A stretch of DNA of 64,000 nt, taken from NCBI GenBank assembly GCA_963775645.1, contig CAVZJR010000001.1, positions 169,956 to 233,955 of the forward strand. Reading direction: 5' to 3'. The position numbers were made by a program, and so were the translations under genes. The notes beneath the pieces were generated by a model. The model saw nothing but the letters and a program-made list of their open reading frames with translations, was not told the DNA's origin and searched no databases. This stretch comes from an uncultured Solirubrobacterales bacterium (GTDB taxonomy: Bacteria > Actinomycetota > Thermoleophilia > Solirubrobacterales > Solirubrobacteraceae). Numbering within the stretch: the first letter of the stretch is position 1; each line of letters opens with the position of its first letter. Positions 53,668 through 63,181 of the stretch are shown piece by piece.

Positions 53668-53713
53668 CGCTTCACACGCGAGAGGTCGCAGGTTCGAAAC
53701 CCGCCGCGTCCAT
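53668..53713 (+). repeat. Second tRNA-Val 3' fragment (attR-like)
   Basis: Identical to 32709..32754. Confidence 0.95.
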
Positions 53714-53996
53714 GGCTGGACTGCCTGCAGGACCCATGGCTCAGTCAACGGGCTAGCCGCCACGACATGGGAAGTGAGCAAAACATCCCCGCCTGCAGGG
53801 AACACAACCCACGATGGCCTCGACGTGTCGGCTGAGAGCAGCCCGCAAGCCCCGTACGCCGCCTAGCGGCTTGGGGGCCAACCTAAGCCCCGTCCGCTAA
53901 GGCCAGCATACGGCCCGCCACACGGTCCCGTCAGGGGCCTTCTGGTGCAAACCCCAACCCCATTCTTCGGAGCCAGGGTTTTACACAAGACATCCG

Positions 53997-54030
53997 TGGT
54001 GGAGCTAGCCCGGACTCGAACCGACGCCCT
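53997..54030 (-). other. Degenerate tRNA-Ala/tmRNA-like 3' end
   Basis: Minus strand reads ggttcgagtccgggctagctccacca. Confidence 0.45.
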
Positions 54031-54047
54031 TGCAGATACCGTTCCGG

Positions 54048-54572
54048 TCACAGGTTTTTGATCATTGTGGTCGACCTATCTGAGGAAAAGCCGTCCGAAG
54101 AACGGCTCGAATAGAGGCGAACAACGCTCTCGGTCTGATCGAGCGCCAGCAAGTCTGTGGCGCCCACCTCAGCCAACGCGCGATGGATGACGCGCGACCC
54201 GGGGATCACCGCAAAGTCATGTCCTCGCCTTCTACAAGCGGCGCCACAGAATGCGATTGCCGTGGCCCCGGTTGGATCAAGCGCGTCGAGCCGACGAAGG
54301 TCGAGCGTGAGGATCGTGACGCCTTCTTGGCATAGGCACTCGATCTCCTCCTCAAGCTCAGAAGCCGAACGATAGTCCAACTTGCCTGTCAAGATCAGCC
54401 TGTGCCTCCAGACGGGCATACTCGCAAGCGTCAGGTGCGGCCGGGAGTGCGCAGCAACTGACAAGTTAGCCTCACCGCCGCCGGCGCGGGTTCGATCCGA
54501 GGCTGTTTCCACCTCGTTGCTCTGACTACGTGCATGCTGGCTTGCCGTTGACAATGTCAAATGATGCGTCAT
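54048..54572 (-). CDS. STAS-domain anti-sigma factor antagonist
   Basis: LTGKLDY, LTLDLRRLDALDPTG; AAGGAG RBS. Confidence 0.8.
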   Translation of the reverse strand: MTHHLTLSTASQHARSQSNEVETASDRTRAGGGEANLSVAAHSRPHLTLASMPVWRHRLILTGKLDYRSASELEEEIECLCQEGVTILTLDLRRLDALDPTGATAIAFCGAACRRRGHDFAVIPGSRVIHRALAEVGATDLLALDQTESVVRLYSSRSSDGFSSDRSTTMIKNL

Positions 54573-54666
54573 ATCAATACAGCTCCTTTCAACAGAACTT
54601 CGATCTGATAGCCAATTGGCCTGGATCAGGAGTGATCCAGGACCGAGGTAGAGAGACCGGAAGGAG

Positions 54667-55926
54667 CTAGTCCGGTCGCTCTGGGATCAGAACGAAGAAC
54701 GACGTGCGCCACGATGGCTGCGCAAGGCGCAACCGTCGCATCGCGCGCGGCGCTGCTTGGAGGAGAACATCCACGAGTGTGGAGGATGCCGAGGAGGCGG
54801 AGCCTGAACCGCCTCCCGCAGCCGATCCGCCGCCGCCTCCACCGCCGGACCCAGATCCGGGGGCGGAGGGATGGTTCTCAATCGTAGAACCATCGCCTAG
54901 GCTGCCGGCAGGTACACCTGCCGCGATTGCTGTCGACGAGGTGTCGGCAGTGGTGAAGGGGATGTTCGATATCGACGAAGCGGCCGAAATGTCCAACCAG
55001 CCACCGACGTAGCCTGCTGTGATCGATGCTCCGACACAGCTCATCTGCCCAGCGCGGCGTGCCGAGATCGTTTGCGGCCTTAAGGCGAGGGGCGACTGGT
55101 CCTGCCCAGGCGACGTTGAGATTTCAGACGCGGCGGTTGGGGCAACAGAAGTCATCACACCAATCGAGATTTCCGGCGCGACTTCGCCCGCCGCGTCTTT
55201 GTGAGTCAGTCCCGAAGCGCCGGCAGGCACCTGCAAGCCTTCCCCCGGCCCTTGGGTGGGTTCGGAGCCCGCTTCAGCGACCACCTCGCCGGCAGTCTGT
55301 TCGACGGACTTTTTTTCGACCACAGCGGGGGCTTCTTCAGCTAAGGGGGGCGGCCGTTCGACCACAGACGGAGCTTCCTCAGCCACGGGTGGCGCCTGTT
55401 CGACGACAGGCGGGGCTTGTTCGGCCACGGGCGGCGCTTGTTCAACCACAGGCGGCGCTTGTTCAACGACAGGCGGCGCTTCTTCAACGACAGGCGGCGC
55501 TTGTTCGGCCACGGGCGGGGCTTCTTCAACGACAGGCGGCGCTTGTTCAACCACAGGCGGCGCTTCCTCGGCGACAGGCGGGGCTTCTTCAACGACCGGC
55601 GGCGCTTGTTCGGCCACGGGCGGGGCTTCTTCAACGCCATGCGAGGCTTCTTCTGGAGGGGCACCGCTTTTCGTTGCCGCTTCGCCTATTGGCGTCTCCG
55701 TGGCGCCGTCGGGGGCGTTCGTCTCCTGCGCTTGAGCGCCGACGGCGAAGAGGAGCGCCGCGAACAGGAGCGAGACAACCAGCCAAAGAGCAAGACAACC
55801 TTTGGAGAGGACCCGCGTCGAAGGACTCTTGACCAGCTCGATCATGTTCGCTTCTATAACCATAACGAGCTTTCGGCTCCAGATCGTCATTCCAGCGCTA
55901 AGCTTGTACGAGAGATGACATCGCAA
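54667..55926 (-). CDS. Membrane/secreted Pro-Glu-rich repeat protein
   Basis: Hydrophobic N-terminal segment, heptapeptide E(E/Q)APPV(V/A) array, Gly/Ser tail; start uncertain. Confidence 0.65.
   Translation of the reverse strand: MRCHLSYKLSAGMTIWSRKLVMVIEANMIELVKSPSTRVLSKGCLALWLVVSLLFAALLFAVGAQAQETNAPDGATETPIGEAATKSGAPPEEASHGVEEAPPVAEQAPPVVEEAPPVAEEAPPVVEQAPPVVEEAPPVAEQAPPVVEEAPPVVEQAPPVVEQAPPVAEQAPPVVEQAPPVAEEAPSVVERPPPLAEEAPAVVEKKSVEQTAGEVVAEAGSEPTQGPGEGLQVPAGASGLTHKDAAGEVAPEISIGVMTSVAPTAASEISTSPGQDQSPLALRPQTISARRAGQMSCVGASITAGYVGGWLDISAASSISNIPFTTADTSSTAIAAGVPAGSLGDGSTIENHPSAPGSGSGGGGGGGSAAGGGSGSASSASSTLVDVLLQAAPRAMRRLRLAQPSWRTSFFVLIPERPD
55320..55660 (-). repeat. 21-nt coding tandem repeat
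   Basis: Recurrent ggcggcgctt(g/c)ttcaac units. Confidence 0.9.
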
Positions 55927-56017
55927 AGGGAAGTCGATGCCGCCGATGGTCTGACCGATGCGTCCGTCTTAAACTTGAAGTCCGACTGAGTTGGATCAAG
56001 TCGGGGAACTGAGGCTC

Positions 56018-56227
56018 ATGCTCGTTCTGACACGGAAGGCCAAACAGAGCATCATGATCGGCGACGACGTCGTGGTCATGGTCCTATCTAACGATGGCAC
56101 AAAGGTGCGCCTCGGTATCCAGGCACCCTCAAACGTTTCGATACACCGAACGGAGATTTATCTCGAGATCCAGGCGCAAGGCCAAGAGAGCGCCGGCTCA
56201 GAGCACGACCTGCCTCGCGCGGGTTGA
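56018..56227 (+). CDS. csrA: Carbon storage regulator CsrA
   Basis: [29 protein letters not shown]. Confidence 0.93.
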   Translation: MLVLTRKAKQSIMIGDDVVVMVLSNDGTKVRLGIQAPSNVSIHRTEIYLEIQAQGQESAGSEHDLPRAG

Positions 56228-56282
56228 AGACAAGCAGTACTGGAGGCGCTCCCAGGCGCAAAGGCTGAGCTAGGCCGCTCGG

Positions 56283-56759
56283 GTGAGGCGTAAGCTCTCT
56301 TATGTGATCGTGCGCCCGGCCTTGCTCATTCTCGCATCGATCTTCTGCTCGACTGCTTCGGCAGAGGCTTTGCCCGGAGTGCTCACACAGATCGGACACG
56401 GTCCACCATTTGCGGTTAGGCCCGCACAGATCATTTACACGGGGGACGGCTCGGGCATTCTCGGCGGGTTCACCGGCAAGGGACCACTTCGCCACTTCGG
56501 ACGTTTGCATTGGGCTAGCTGGACAGGAAGCCAAGCGCGTGGATCAGGCGCAGTGTGGCTCGACGACTGCACGCCCAACTGCGCCCAAGGCACTTTCCAC
56601 TCCTCGCCAGTTCAAATCCGTGCGTTCGCTGAGCAAAGCGGACATTTCACGCGGCTCACACTCCGCTACACCCATAACGGCAAGCATGTCCACGACCAAC
56701 TTGACGTTGCCAAGTTTGGGGGCGACTATGGCTACTACATCATCGGCAACGACAAATAG
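56283..56759 (+). CDS. Secreted hypothetical protein
   Basis: Signal peptide; VRPAQI..GDGS, LHWASW, DCTPNCAQG. Confidence 0.65.
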   Translation: MRRKLSYVIVRPALLILASIFCSTASAEALPGVLTQIGHGPPFAVRPAQIIYTGDGSGILGGFTGKGPLRHFGRLHWASWTGSQARGSGAVWLDDCTPNCAQGTFHSSPVQIRAFAEQSGHFTRLTLRYTHNGKHVHDQLDVAKFGGDYGYYIIGNDK

Positions 56760-56865
56760 CCACGCCTGCGAAGGAGCGCCCAGCCGTAGTCGCCAATGTG
56801 CTTGAGGATGCCATCGATCTTGGCGGGAGGCGACGAGCGCCAGTCATCTGCTGCACCGGCAAGGC

Positions 56866-58290
56866 CTACCCTGCATTCTTGTAACCGAAGTGCCCCACGG
56901 TCACGCGACCGGAATGCCTTCGTATGAAAGGCCCGTACGAGCTGCCCGAAGAAACTTCATAGGAAGGAACGGAATAGCTGACGGCGCCGTGGGCCATCCC
57001 GGGACAGCCTGGGAAGAGACTGCCCGAGTCGGCGTATCCCGAGGACAGCACCAGGCGGATGCGTTCTCCTGCGCGAACATTGCGCCCAACCTGTGCATTG
57101 GCTTGCTCTGGCCGGCCCACACACCGACCTGTGTCGGGAGCGTCAAGGGTCACGCTATAGCCACTCAAGGCACTGTGCACCGGTACACGGGCAAAAAATG
57201 ACACGGCCAGCTCGCGCACCAGACCGGAGCTTAGGCTTCCCACAGGCGGACGACCAGAGGTCGCTTCGGACTTGACAGCCGAGGCGAGTTCGCTGGCACT
57301 TGGCAGGCGGACATCTTGAGGTGCGTAGCCGACCGGGGGCAAGCAGTCTCCACCGTGCTTGTCATGGGCAGCAAACTGGGCGATCGTGCAAGTGCGACCA
57401 TGCGTGTAGGTGACCTTGCGGATCGGCTGAGGAAGCTTCATCCCGTCCAGCGTGCCGCCTCCCGCGGGCAGAGCGCTCGCGACTCCCGCTCCTACCCCAA
57501 GCGAGATGACCTTGGCCGGCGTCCGCTCGACAAACAGGTAGGCGCCATCGCTGCCCACGGTTGGGATGGTGCGCGCCTTGCCGTCTAGCGTGTAAGTGAT
57601 GCTGCGAGCATCCGGGCCGAGCAGTCCGTAAAAGATGTCGCGCGGATCGCCGCGACCACAGCGCTCGCTCGCGGATATCGAACTGAGCAAATGACATTGG
57701 TGGGGCAAGCCACTGGCTGGCACGCCATAGTTGCCGACTCCCAAGAAAGCGTGCCCATGGCCGTCGAGCAGAGCACACTCTCCTTCGGCCTGGCTGACCT
57801 GGGCAGGCAATGGATGAAAGCGACCGTCGTCGCCGAAGGCGCCGTCTTGGCCAAGCACACCGATGCGTCCTCCCACTAGCCGCCCTACCTGGACGCAGCC
57901 CAGGCCGCGGCTCGTGTCATACACCCGCATCGTCCAAGGCGGGCCTCCCGCGGGATCAGGTGCCGCGATGCCGAGCAGGCCTTCGGTTCTACCGATCGCC
58001 ACACCTGCCCCCGCATTCGGGTTGAAGCCTTCTTCTGACTCCACCGGCGCGCCCGTCTCGATCAAGTGCGTAGCGGCATATGCGACCGCGGCCAGGCCAA
58101 GCGCTCCGGCGAGCAACAGCACAAGCACAGGCATGCGCTGCGCCAGGACTCTTCGACGCCGTCCCAGCCAGCCCACACGGTGAGCGTGCTCAGGCCGGAC
58201 GAGCGCGTCAGAAGAGTGCTGCTGGGAGGCCCTGATCTGTCGCTCGGCTGCAACCATCAGCGACTCGCGCAATTGCGGAAGGCGGCTCAT
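56866..58290 (-). CDS. Membrane-anchored putative anti-sigma factor
   Basis: ATGA-coupled to ECF sigma; single TM; paralog of 58921..60297. Confidence 0.7.
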   Translation of the reverse strand: MSRLPQLRESLMVAAERQIRASQQHSSDALVRPEHAHRVGWLGRRRRVLAQRMPVLVLLLAGALGLAAVAYAATHLIETGAPVESEEGFNPNAGAGVAIGRTEGLLGIAAPDPAGGPPWTMRVYDTSRGLGCVQVGRLVGGRIGVLGQDGAFGDDGRFHPLPAQVSQAEGECALLDGHGHAFLGVGNYGVPASGLPHQCHLLSSISASERCGRGDPRDIFYGLLGPDARSITYTLDGKARTIPTVGSDGAYLFVERTPAKVISLGVGAGVASALPAGGGTLDGMKLPQPIRKVTYTHGRTCTIAQFAAHDKHGGDCLPPVGYAPQDVRLPSASELASAVKSEATSGRPPVGSLSSGLVRELAVSFFARVPVHSALSGYSVTLDAPDTGRCVGRPEQANAQVGRNVRAGERIRLVLSSGYADSGSLFPGCPGMAHGAVSYSVPSYEVSSGSSYGPFIRRHSGRVTVGHFGYKNAG

Positions 58291-58889
58291 CGTGCATACC
58301 CCGCAAGCGAGCGAAGCGCCCTCAAGCCGCGGCTCACGCGCTGGCGAACCACCATCTCCGAGCAACCCATCGCCTCGGCCAGCTCGTTGTAGTCGCGCTC
58401 TTCGATCACACGACCACGTACTGCGTCACGCTGCTCCACCGGCAACACCTCCAGCAACGAAAGCGAGTCCAGACGCGCCGTGCGCCCCAGCTCCTCCACG
58501 CGCTCCAAGTCGTCCTCGCTCAACACGATTGCTTCCATCCCCAAGCGCCGACGGGCCTGAGCCTCCACGCGGCCCCGCCTCCAACTCTGGGCCAGTTCGT
58601 GACGCGCGATCCCAAACAGCCAAGCCCGCGCGCTCCCGCGCTCGGAGCGGAAGGAGCCGAGCGAGGCGAGCGCAACCGCGAACACCTCAGCGGCGAGGTC
58701 AACGGCAAGCTCTGCACAGCCTGTGGCACGCACAAAGAACGCGAGCAGAGGCTCCTCGTAGCGGTCATAGAAAACCCCAAATGCGCGCCCATCGCGCAGG
58801 CCGACTTCAAGCAGTTGCTCATCCGTGCACCTCGACAAGTCCGTTGACCGCACTAGCTCATATTGGAGCGAGCACGAAAGTTGTGACAA
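58287..58889 (-). CDS. ECF sigma-70 factor
   Basis: AVDLAAEVF, AWLFGIAR, VVRQRVSRGL. Confidence 0.9.
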   Translation of the reverse strand: MSQLSCSLQYELVRSTDLSRCTDEQLLEVGLRDGRAFGVFYDRYEEPLLAFFVRATGCAELAVDLAAEVFAVALASLGSFRSERGSARAWLFGIARHELAQSWRRGRVEAQARRRLGMEAIVLSEDDLERVEELGRTARLDSLSLLEVLPVEQRDAVRGRVIEERDYNELAEAMGCSEMVVRQRVSRGLRALRSLAGYAR

Positions 58890-58920
58890 GCGTTAGGCCT
58901 GCCCGCCCCGGACCATCGGC

Positions 58921-60297
58921 CTAGTTCGCCGCGGGATGGGTGCCCGGCAGCTCTCGCACAGAAGTCCTCCCCACGATCACCGGCACCGCCCCTGCGTAGC
59001 TTTGGTACAGGACTTCGACTTCGGCTGAGCTCCTGGGGATCACCCTGTGACGCCCAGGCAGGCCGCACACGGGCGCAAACAGCTCCCCGGCCGAGAAGTG
59101 GTGTGTGACTGTTGCCCCCTTGGACAAGTCACGACCAACAGTCGTCTCGTCATAGCCGGTCGCGATCCCTTCGGGGCGACGCTGGGCAAACGTCTGCTTG
59201 CCACACGAGACCCCCGGAATCCGGATCGTGTAGTCCTGCTTGGCGCTCTTCACCGCGAAGGGCGCCTTGAAGCTGAGGCGTGCACCCACGATCAAGCGAT
59301 GGCTGACCTGTAGGCGCACCTCCAGCGGCAGGTGAAGTTCCCGCGGCGGCAAGTCCTGGACCGCCGGCCAATGCGGCTCGGGACAAGGGTCGGCGATCTG
59401 GGCATGCCCACCGGGCGCTATGACCGGGCCACGTTGGCAGAGCTTGCCTTCGAGCCGGTAGGCGATCGCCGTGAGTGGCGCATACGCAGGCAAGTCGTCC
59501 GCAGTGCCGATGCTTTCGTTGCCGATGCCCACCTGCTCTCGAGGCTCGGCCCGCCGCACTATCAAGTAAGCGCCGAGCGGCTCCAAAACGGGGATGCTGT
59601 TGAGCAGCTTGCCCGCCCGGAAGCTGACGCTCACGGCCTGCGGACCGAGCAGCCCGAAATAGACGTCGCGCAGCTCATTCCTCGGGCGGCCACCTTCGTG
59701 TCCGTTGGCCCCGCCCGCACTGCGATCCACGCCCCGATGCTCGCCCTCGACGGCTTGGCCGACCAAAGCACATCCCACGGTGGCGGTCGCATCGTTCTCG
59801 CCCCTGTTCACTCCCTGCCTGATGCTCCCAGGCAGGATGTCCGATGGCATCGGGTGAAAGCGCCCATCGTTGTGGAAGACCCCGTCGATCCCCAACTGTC
59901 CCAGCTGGCCGCCTTGGACGCGCCCGATCTGAATGCACAGCTCCCCTCGCGTGGTACGTACGATCTTCATCCCCCACGACAAACCACCTTCGGGATCAGG
60001 CACACGCAGCGAAAGCAATCGGGACGCGCCCGGCACGGGAGCACCTTGTCCAACATCCGGATTCGGCTGTGTTTCAGGGCGAACCGGTGCCCCAGTGAGA
60101 ATCATTCCGGTCGCGGCCAGCGCGATCGTGGCGCTTGCCAGCAGACAGCCACACGCAATCAAGGGTAGGCGCCAACCCGTTGTCCTACGCCCCCGCGATC
60201 CTCTCCCGGCAGGTCCAGGCTCGCGCTCGGCGCTATCGGCGAACTTGCGGTTGGCCGCCTCCAGGAGGTCGCGCTCCAATTGCTCGAGAATGCTCAT
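58921..60297 (-). CDS. Membrane-anchored putative anti-sigma factor
   Basis: ATGA-coupled to ECF sigma; PDPEGG..W, DGRFHP, GLLGP shared with paralog. Confidence 0.7.
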   Translation of the reverse strand: MSILEQLERDLLEAANRKFADSAEREPGPAGRGSRGRRTTGWRLPLIACGCLLASATIALAATGMILTGAPVRPETQPNPDVGQGAPVPGASRLLSLRVPDPEGGLSWGMKIVRTTRGELCIQIGRVQGGQLGQLGIDGVFHNDGRFHPMPSDILPGSIRQGVNRGENDATATVGCALVGQAVEGEHRGVDRSAGGANGHEGGRPRNELRDVYFGLLGPQAVSVSFRAGKLLNSIPVLEPLGAYLIVRRAEPREQVGIGNESIGTADDLPAYAPLTAIAYRLEGKLCQRGPVIAPGGHAQIADPCPEPHWPAVQDLPPRELHLPLEVRLQVSHRLIVGARLSFKAPFAVKSAKQDYTIRIPGVSCGKQTFAQRRPEGIATGYDETTVGRDLSKGATVTHHFSAGELFAPVCGLPGRHRVIPRSSAEVEVLYQSYAGAVPVIVGRTSVRELPGTHPAAN

Positions 60298-60848
60298 CTT
60301 CCACCAGCCAATCTTGCTCGTAGTGTGCTCAGCCCGCGGCTGACCCTCTGTCGCACGACCGCCTGCGAGCAACGCAGCTCACCCGCGATCTCTCTGTAGT
60401 CGAGGCCTTGCACGACGCGCGCCTCGACGGCGCGCCGCTGCTCCTCGGGCAAACCGGCCAGCGCCAGCTCCGCCTTCTCGCCGCCCTCGTTCAGGCGCGC
60501 AATCGCCTGGGCGGCATGGTCATCGACAACCAAGACTCCCATGCCCAACCGCTCGCGTGCCCCTGCTTCGACGCGACCCTCTCGATAGCTGGAACCGAGC
60601 ACATTGCGGGCGATCCCAAACAGCCACTGATCGGCCCTCCCCCTGGCCGGGTCATAGCGGCCGAGCGACTCGAGCGCCCTGGCGAACGTCTCGGCGGCCA
60701 GGTCGGCCGCTAGCTCGGGACTGCCGGTGGCCTTCATAAAGAAGCCGAGCACGCGCCGCTCGAACAGGCGGTAGAAGGACGCGAACGACTCTGGATCCGA
60801 GCCGGCCGCGGCCAGTAGCCTCTCTCCGCTTAGCTTGCCCCGCTCCAT
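60294..60848 (-). CDS. ECF sigma-70 factor
   Basis: AADLAAETF, WLFGIARN, VVRQRVSRGL. Confidence 0.9.
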   Translation of the reverse strand: MERGKLSGERLLAAAGSDPESFASFYRLFERRVLGFFMKATGSPELAADLAAETFARALESLGRYDPARGRADQWLFGIARNVLGSSYREGRVEAGARERLGMGVLVVDDHAAQAIARLNEGGEKAELALAGLPEEQRRAVEARVVQGLDYREIAGELRCSQAVVRQRVSRGLSTLRARLAGGR

Positions 60849-60931
60849 CGTCCTTACCTATTAGCCGACGGGCCGGCTTTGTGACAGCCTCAAGCAAGCT
60901 GCCGCGTCCTCGATCGCTGTAGTTTGCGTCC

Positions 60932-61741
60932 ATGGCGGTCGATCTCGGTGAAGCCACCCGCGTCCTCGGCGGCAATGGCCGGTTTTCCACGACGCTGTCG
61001 GACCAGTGGGAGATCTGGGGACCCAACGGGGGCTATCTCGCGGCGATCGCCCTGAGGGCAGCCGGCGAGATGGCACAGATCCGAAGACCCCGCAGCTTTT
61101 ACTGCCATTTCCTGAGCTCGCCCGCGTTCGCGCCCGTCGAGATCGAAGTCGCTTCACTCAAGCGTGGATCGCGCGCAGAGTCACTGTCGGTCGGGATGAT
61201 CCAGCAAGGCAAGCCGATTTTGCAGGCTCTCGTCAAGACGGCGGCGGACGGCCCTGGACATGCCCACCAGCATCCGGACATGCCCGACATCCCACCGCCG
61301 GAGCAGGTCGACACGTACGAGTACGTCCCCACACCCAACCGCCCAGCATTTCGCTTTTGGGAGAACTTGGAGCGACGACCAATCCTCGCCGGGGCTGAGG
61401 ATCGTTCCCCGGTCCTGCGGGAGTGGACGCGGTTTCGTCCGAATGCTTGCTTCGCGGACCCGTTCCTGGACGCCGCCCGTTGCTTGATCTTGCTGGACAC
61501 GTTCGGCTTCCCCGCCGCCTACCAGAGCTACCGCTCGTGGGACTACCTCGCGCCCAATCTCGACACGAGCCTGTGGTTGCATCAATTCAATCCAGCGTGT
61601 GAATGGCTCTTGGTCGACCACGAGTGCTCGGTCGCGGCAGGCGGCCTGATGGGCGTGAGCGGCAGGATCTGGGATACCGAAGGGCGCCTGCTCGCAACCG
61701 GCTCGGCACAGCTTTGCTGTATCGAGACTCCGGCTCCCTAG
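60932..61741 (+). CDS. Acyl-CoA thioesterase (TesB-like double hot-dog)
   Basis: WGPNGGYLAA, GRIWDTEGRLLA. Confidence 0.85.
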   Translation: MAVDLGEATRVLGGNGRFSTTLSDQWEIWGPNGGYLAAIALRAAGEMAQIRRPRSFYCHFLSSPAFAPVEIEVASLKRGSRAESLSVGMIQQGKPILQALVKTAADGPGHAHQHPDMPDIPPPEQVDTYEYVPTPNRPAFRFWENLERRPILAGAEDRSPVLREWTRFRPNACFADPFLDAARCLILLDTFGFPAAYQSYRSWDYLAPNLDTSLWLHQFNPACEWLLVDHECSVAAGGLMGVSGRIWDTEGRLLATGSAQLCCIETPAP

Positions 61742-62262
61742 GCGTCGGCGAGGTCTCCCTTGTAGCCCTCCGGCGCCCCCTCCTGGGGACCGAGCGCCGA
61801 CTCGAAGGCAGCCACATAAGCATCGAAGTGTCCGCGCCAAGCGCCCGGATCGGGGTCGAGCCCAGCCAGGCGGTCCAAGCACGTCTCCCAGCCCGCCCCG
61901 TTGCGGGCGGCGATGCTCGCAGCCAGCTCGTCGATGAGGACCAGGAGCGTCCCTCCATCGAGAGGAGTCAACTCGAACCGGAGCGTCTCCTCACCCCAGG
62001 TGAAAGCCAGCCGGATAGGCTCCTCCACTTCGAGCACCTGGCCGGTAATCGTCAGGTCGATCACCTCTGGAGGGAAGGGGAAGGAGATGGAAGAACCAAC
62101 CTCCCACTTTCCGTCGGCTAGGACAACGTCGCAGGGAAACCACGAGCGCAATTGCTCGCGCTCGGTGAGCGCTCGCCACACTACCTCCGGTGGGTCGGGC
62201 AGATGGCGCTCAAGACGCACGGCCGGCTGGGCGCCGTCGGTGAGGAGAGTTCCAGTGTTCAT
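61738..62262 (-). CDS. SRPBCC/AHSA1 domain protein
   Basis: VVWRALTEREQLRSWF, LAFTWG, GWETCLDRL. Confidence 0.85.
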   Translation of the reverse strand: MNTGTLLTDGAQPAVRLERHLPDPPEVVWRALTEREQLRSWFPCDVVLADGKWEVGSSISFPFPPEVIDLTITGQVLEVEEPIRLAFTWGEETLRFELTPLDGGTLLVLIDELAASIAARNGAGWETCLDRLAGLDPDPGAWRGHFDAYVAAFESALGPQEGAPEGYKGDLADA

Positions 62263-62576
62263 GTTTGCCTCCGCTTGTCCAGATGGTCTTCCAGTAGATC
62301 CAGGCTCTTTGACCAGAGTCCGCGATAGTCGGCCAGCCACTCGTCCAGCTCGGCCAAAGGCTCAGGCCGGATACGGTAGAGACGTCGCTGTGCGTCTGGA
62401 CGGGTCTCGACCATGCCCGCTTCCTTGAGCACCTTTAGGTGCTTAGACACAGCCGGCTGACTCAACTCGAGCCGCTCGACCAGCTCACCCACCGGTCGCT
62501 CCCCATCCCGTAGGAGATCAAGGATCGCTTGGCGGCTGGGCTCGGCCAGGGCCTGGAAAGTAGTGAGGGTGTCCAT
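62259..62576 (-). CDS. ArsR/SmtB regulator
   Basis: FQALAEPSRQAILDLL, SQPAVSKHLKVL. Confidence 0.9.
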   Translation of the reverse strand: MDTLTTFQALAEPSRQAILDLLRDGERPVGELVERLELSQPAVSKHLKVLKEAGMVETRPDAQRRLYRIRPEPLAELDEWLADYRGLWSKSLDLLEDHLDKRRQT

Positions 62577-62583
62577 CTACTCA

Positions 62584-62603
62584 ATATAGCTAATCAGCTA
62601 TAT
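62584..62603. promoter_or_regulatory. Palindromic ArsR operator candidate
   Basis: atatagct-aatc-agctatat just upstream of arsR. Confidence 0.65.
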
Positions 62604-62717
62604 AGCTGTCAAGGCACTTAGCTAAGGTGGCTAGTGAGGCTTGCCGCCAAGACGTCACCCCTTACAACCCTCACCGACCCAGTCAAGAATGTAACCCGGC
62701 GAGAGTAAGGTGGCGTC

Positions 62718-63152
62718 ATGGACCAAAACGTGGCGGCCGACTTCGTCAAGCGCTTCTCAGAGTTCTGGAAGTCTCCAGCACCCGAGCGCCTGGGCTCCTT
62801 GATCGCGCGCGACGCGCGCTTGTCAGCGCCGATGATCCCAACCACCGTAGGACTGGAGGCCGGCAAGCGGGCCTTTGCGGACCTGTTCGAATTGATCCCC
62901 GACATGACCGCTGAAGTCCACCGTTGGGGCGCGACCTCCGACGGTGTCTTGATCGAGTTCACAGTCAGAGGCACCACCAAGGGATCGCCGATCGCTTGGG
63001 AGTCCGTCGACCGCTTCGTACTTGACGAGGACGGGCTCGCCAACGAAAGATTCACCTACTTCGACTCCCTACCGCTCGTCCTGACTTTGATGCGCCGGCC
63101 CAAGACTTGGCCGGCGTTCACACGCAGCCGGATCAAGCAGCTGCACCGCTGA
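62718..63152 (+). CDS. SnoaL/NTF2-like protein
   Basis: FVKRFSEFW, VDRF, ERFTYFD. Confidence 0.8.
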   Translation: MDQNVAADFVKRFSEFWKSPAPERLGSLIARDARLSAPMIPTTVGLEAGKRAFADLFELIPDMTAEVHRWGATSDGVLIEFTVRGTTKGSPIAWESVDRFVLDEDGLANERFTYFDSLPLVLTLMRRPKTWPAFTRSRIKQLHR

Positions 63153-63181
63153 CGTCACAAAGCAGCTCGCCAGCTACAACA

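Larger units (their letters stand above)
45386..53713. mobile_element. Island 3 ending at second tRNA-Val 3' duplication; no integrase
   Basis: 3' repeat at 53668..53713; ggtgggcaaaagt at 45459, the same offset from att as in island 2. Confidence 0.75.

Noticed and set aside
30396-53713. tRNA fragments as split tRNAs or extra tRNA genes
   Set aside because: They are exact sub-sequences of the intact gene overlapping at the anticodon arm, which fits att duplications.
55320-55660. CRISPR array
   Set aside because: Contiguous 21-nt coding repeat with no spacers; no cas genes seen in the window.
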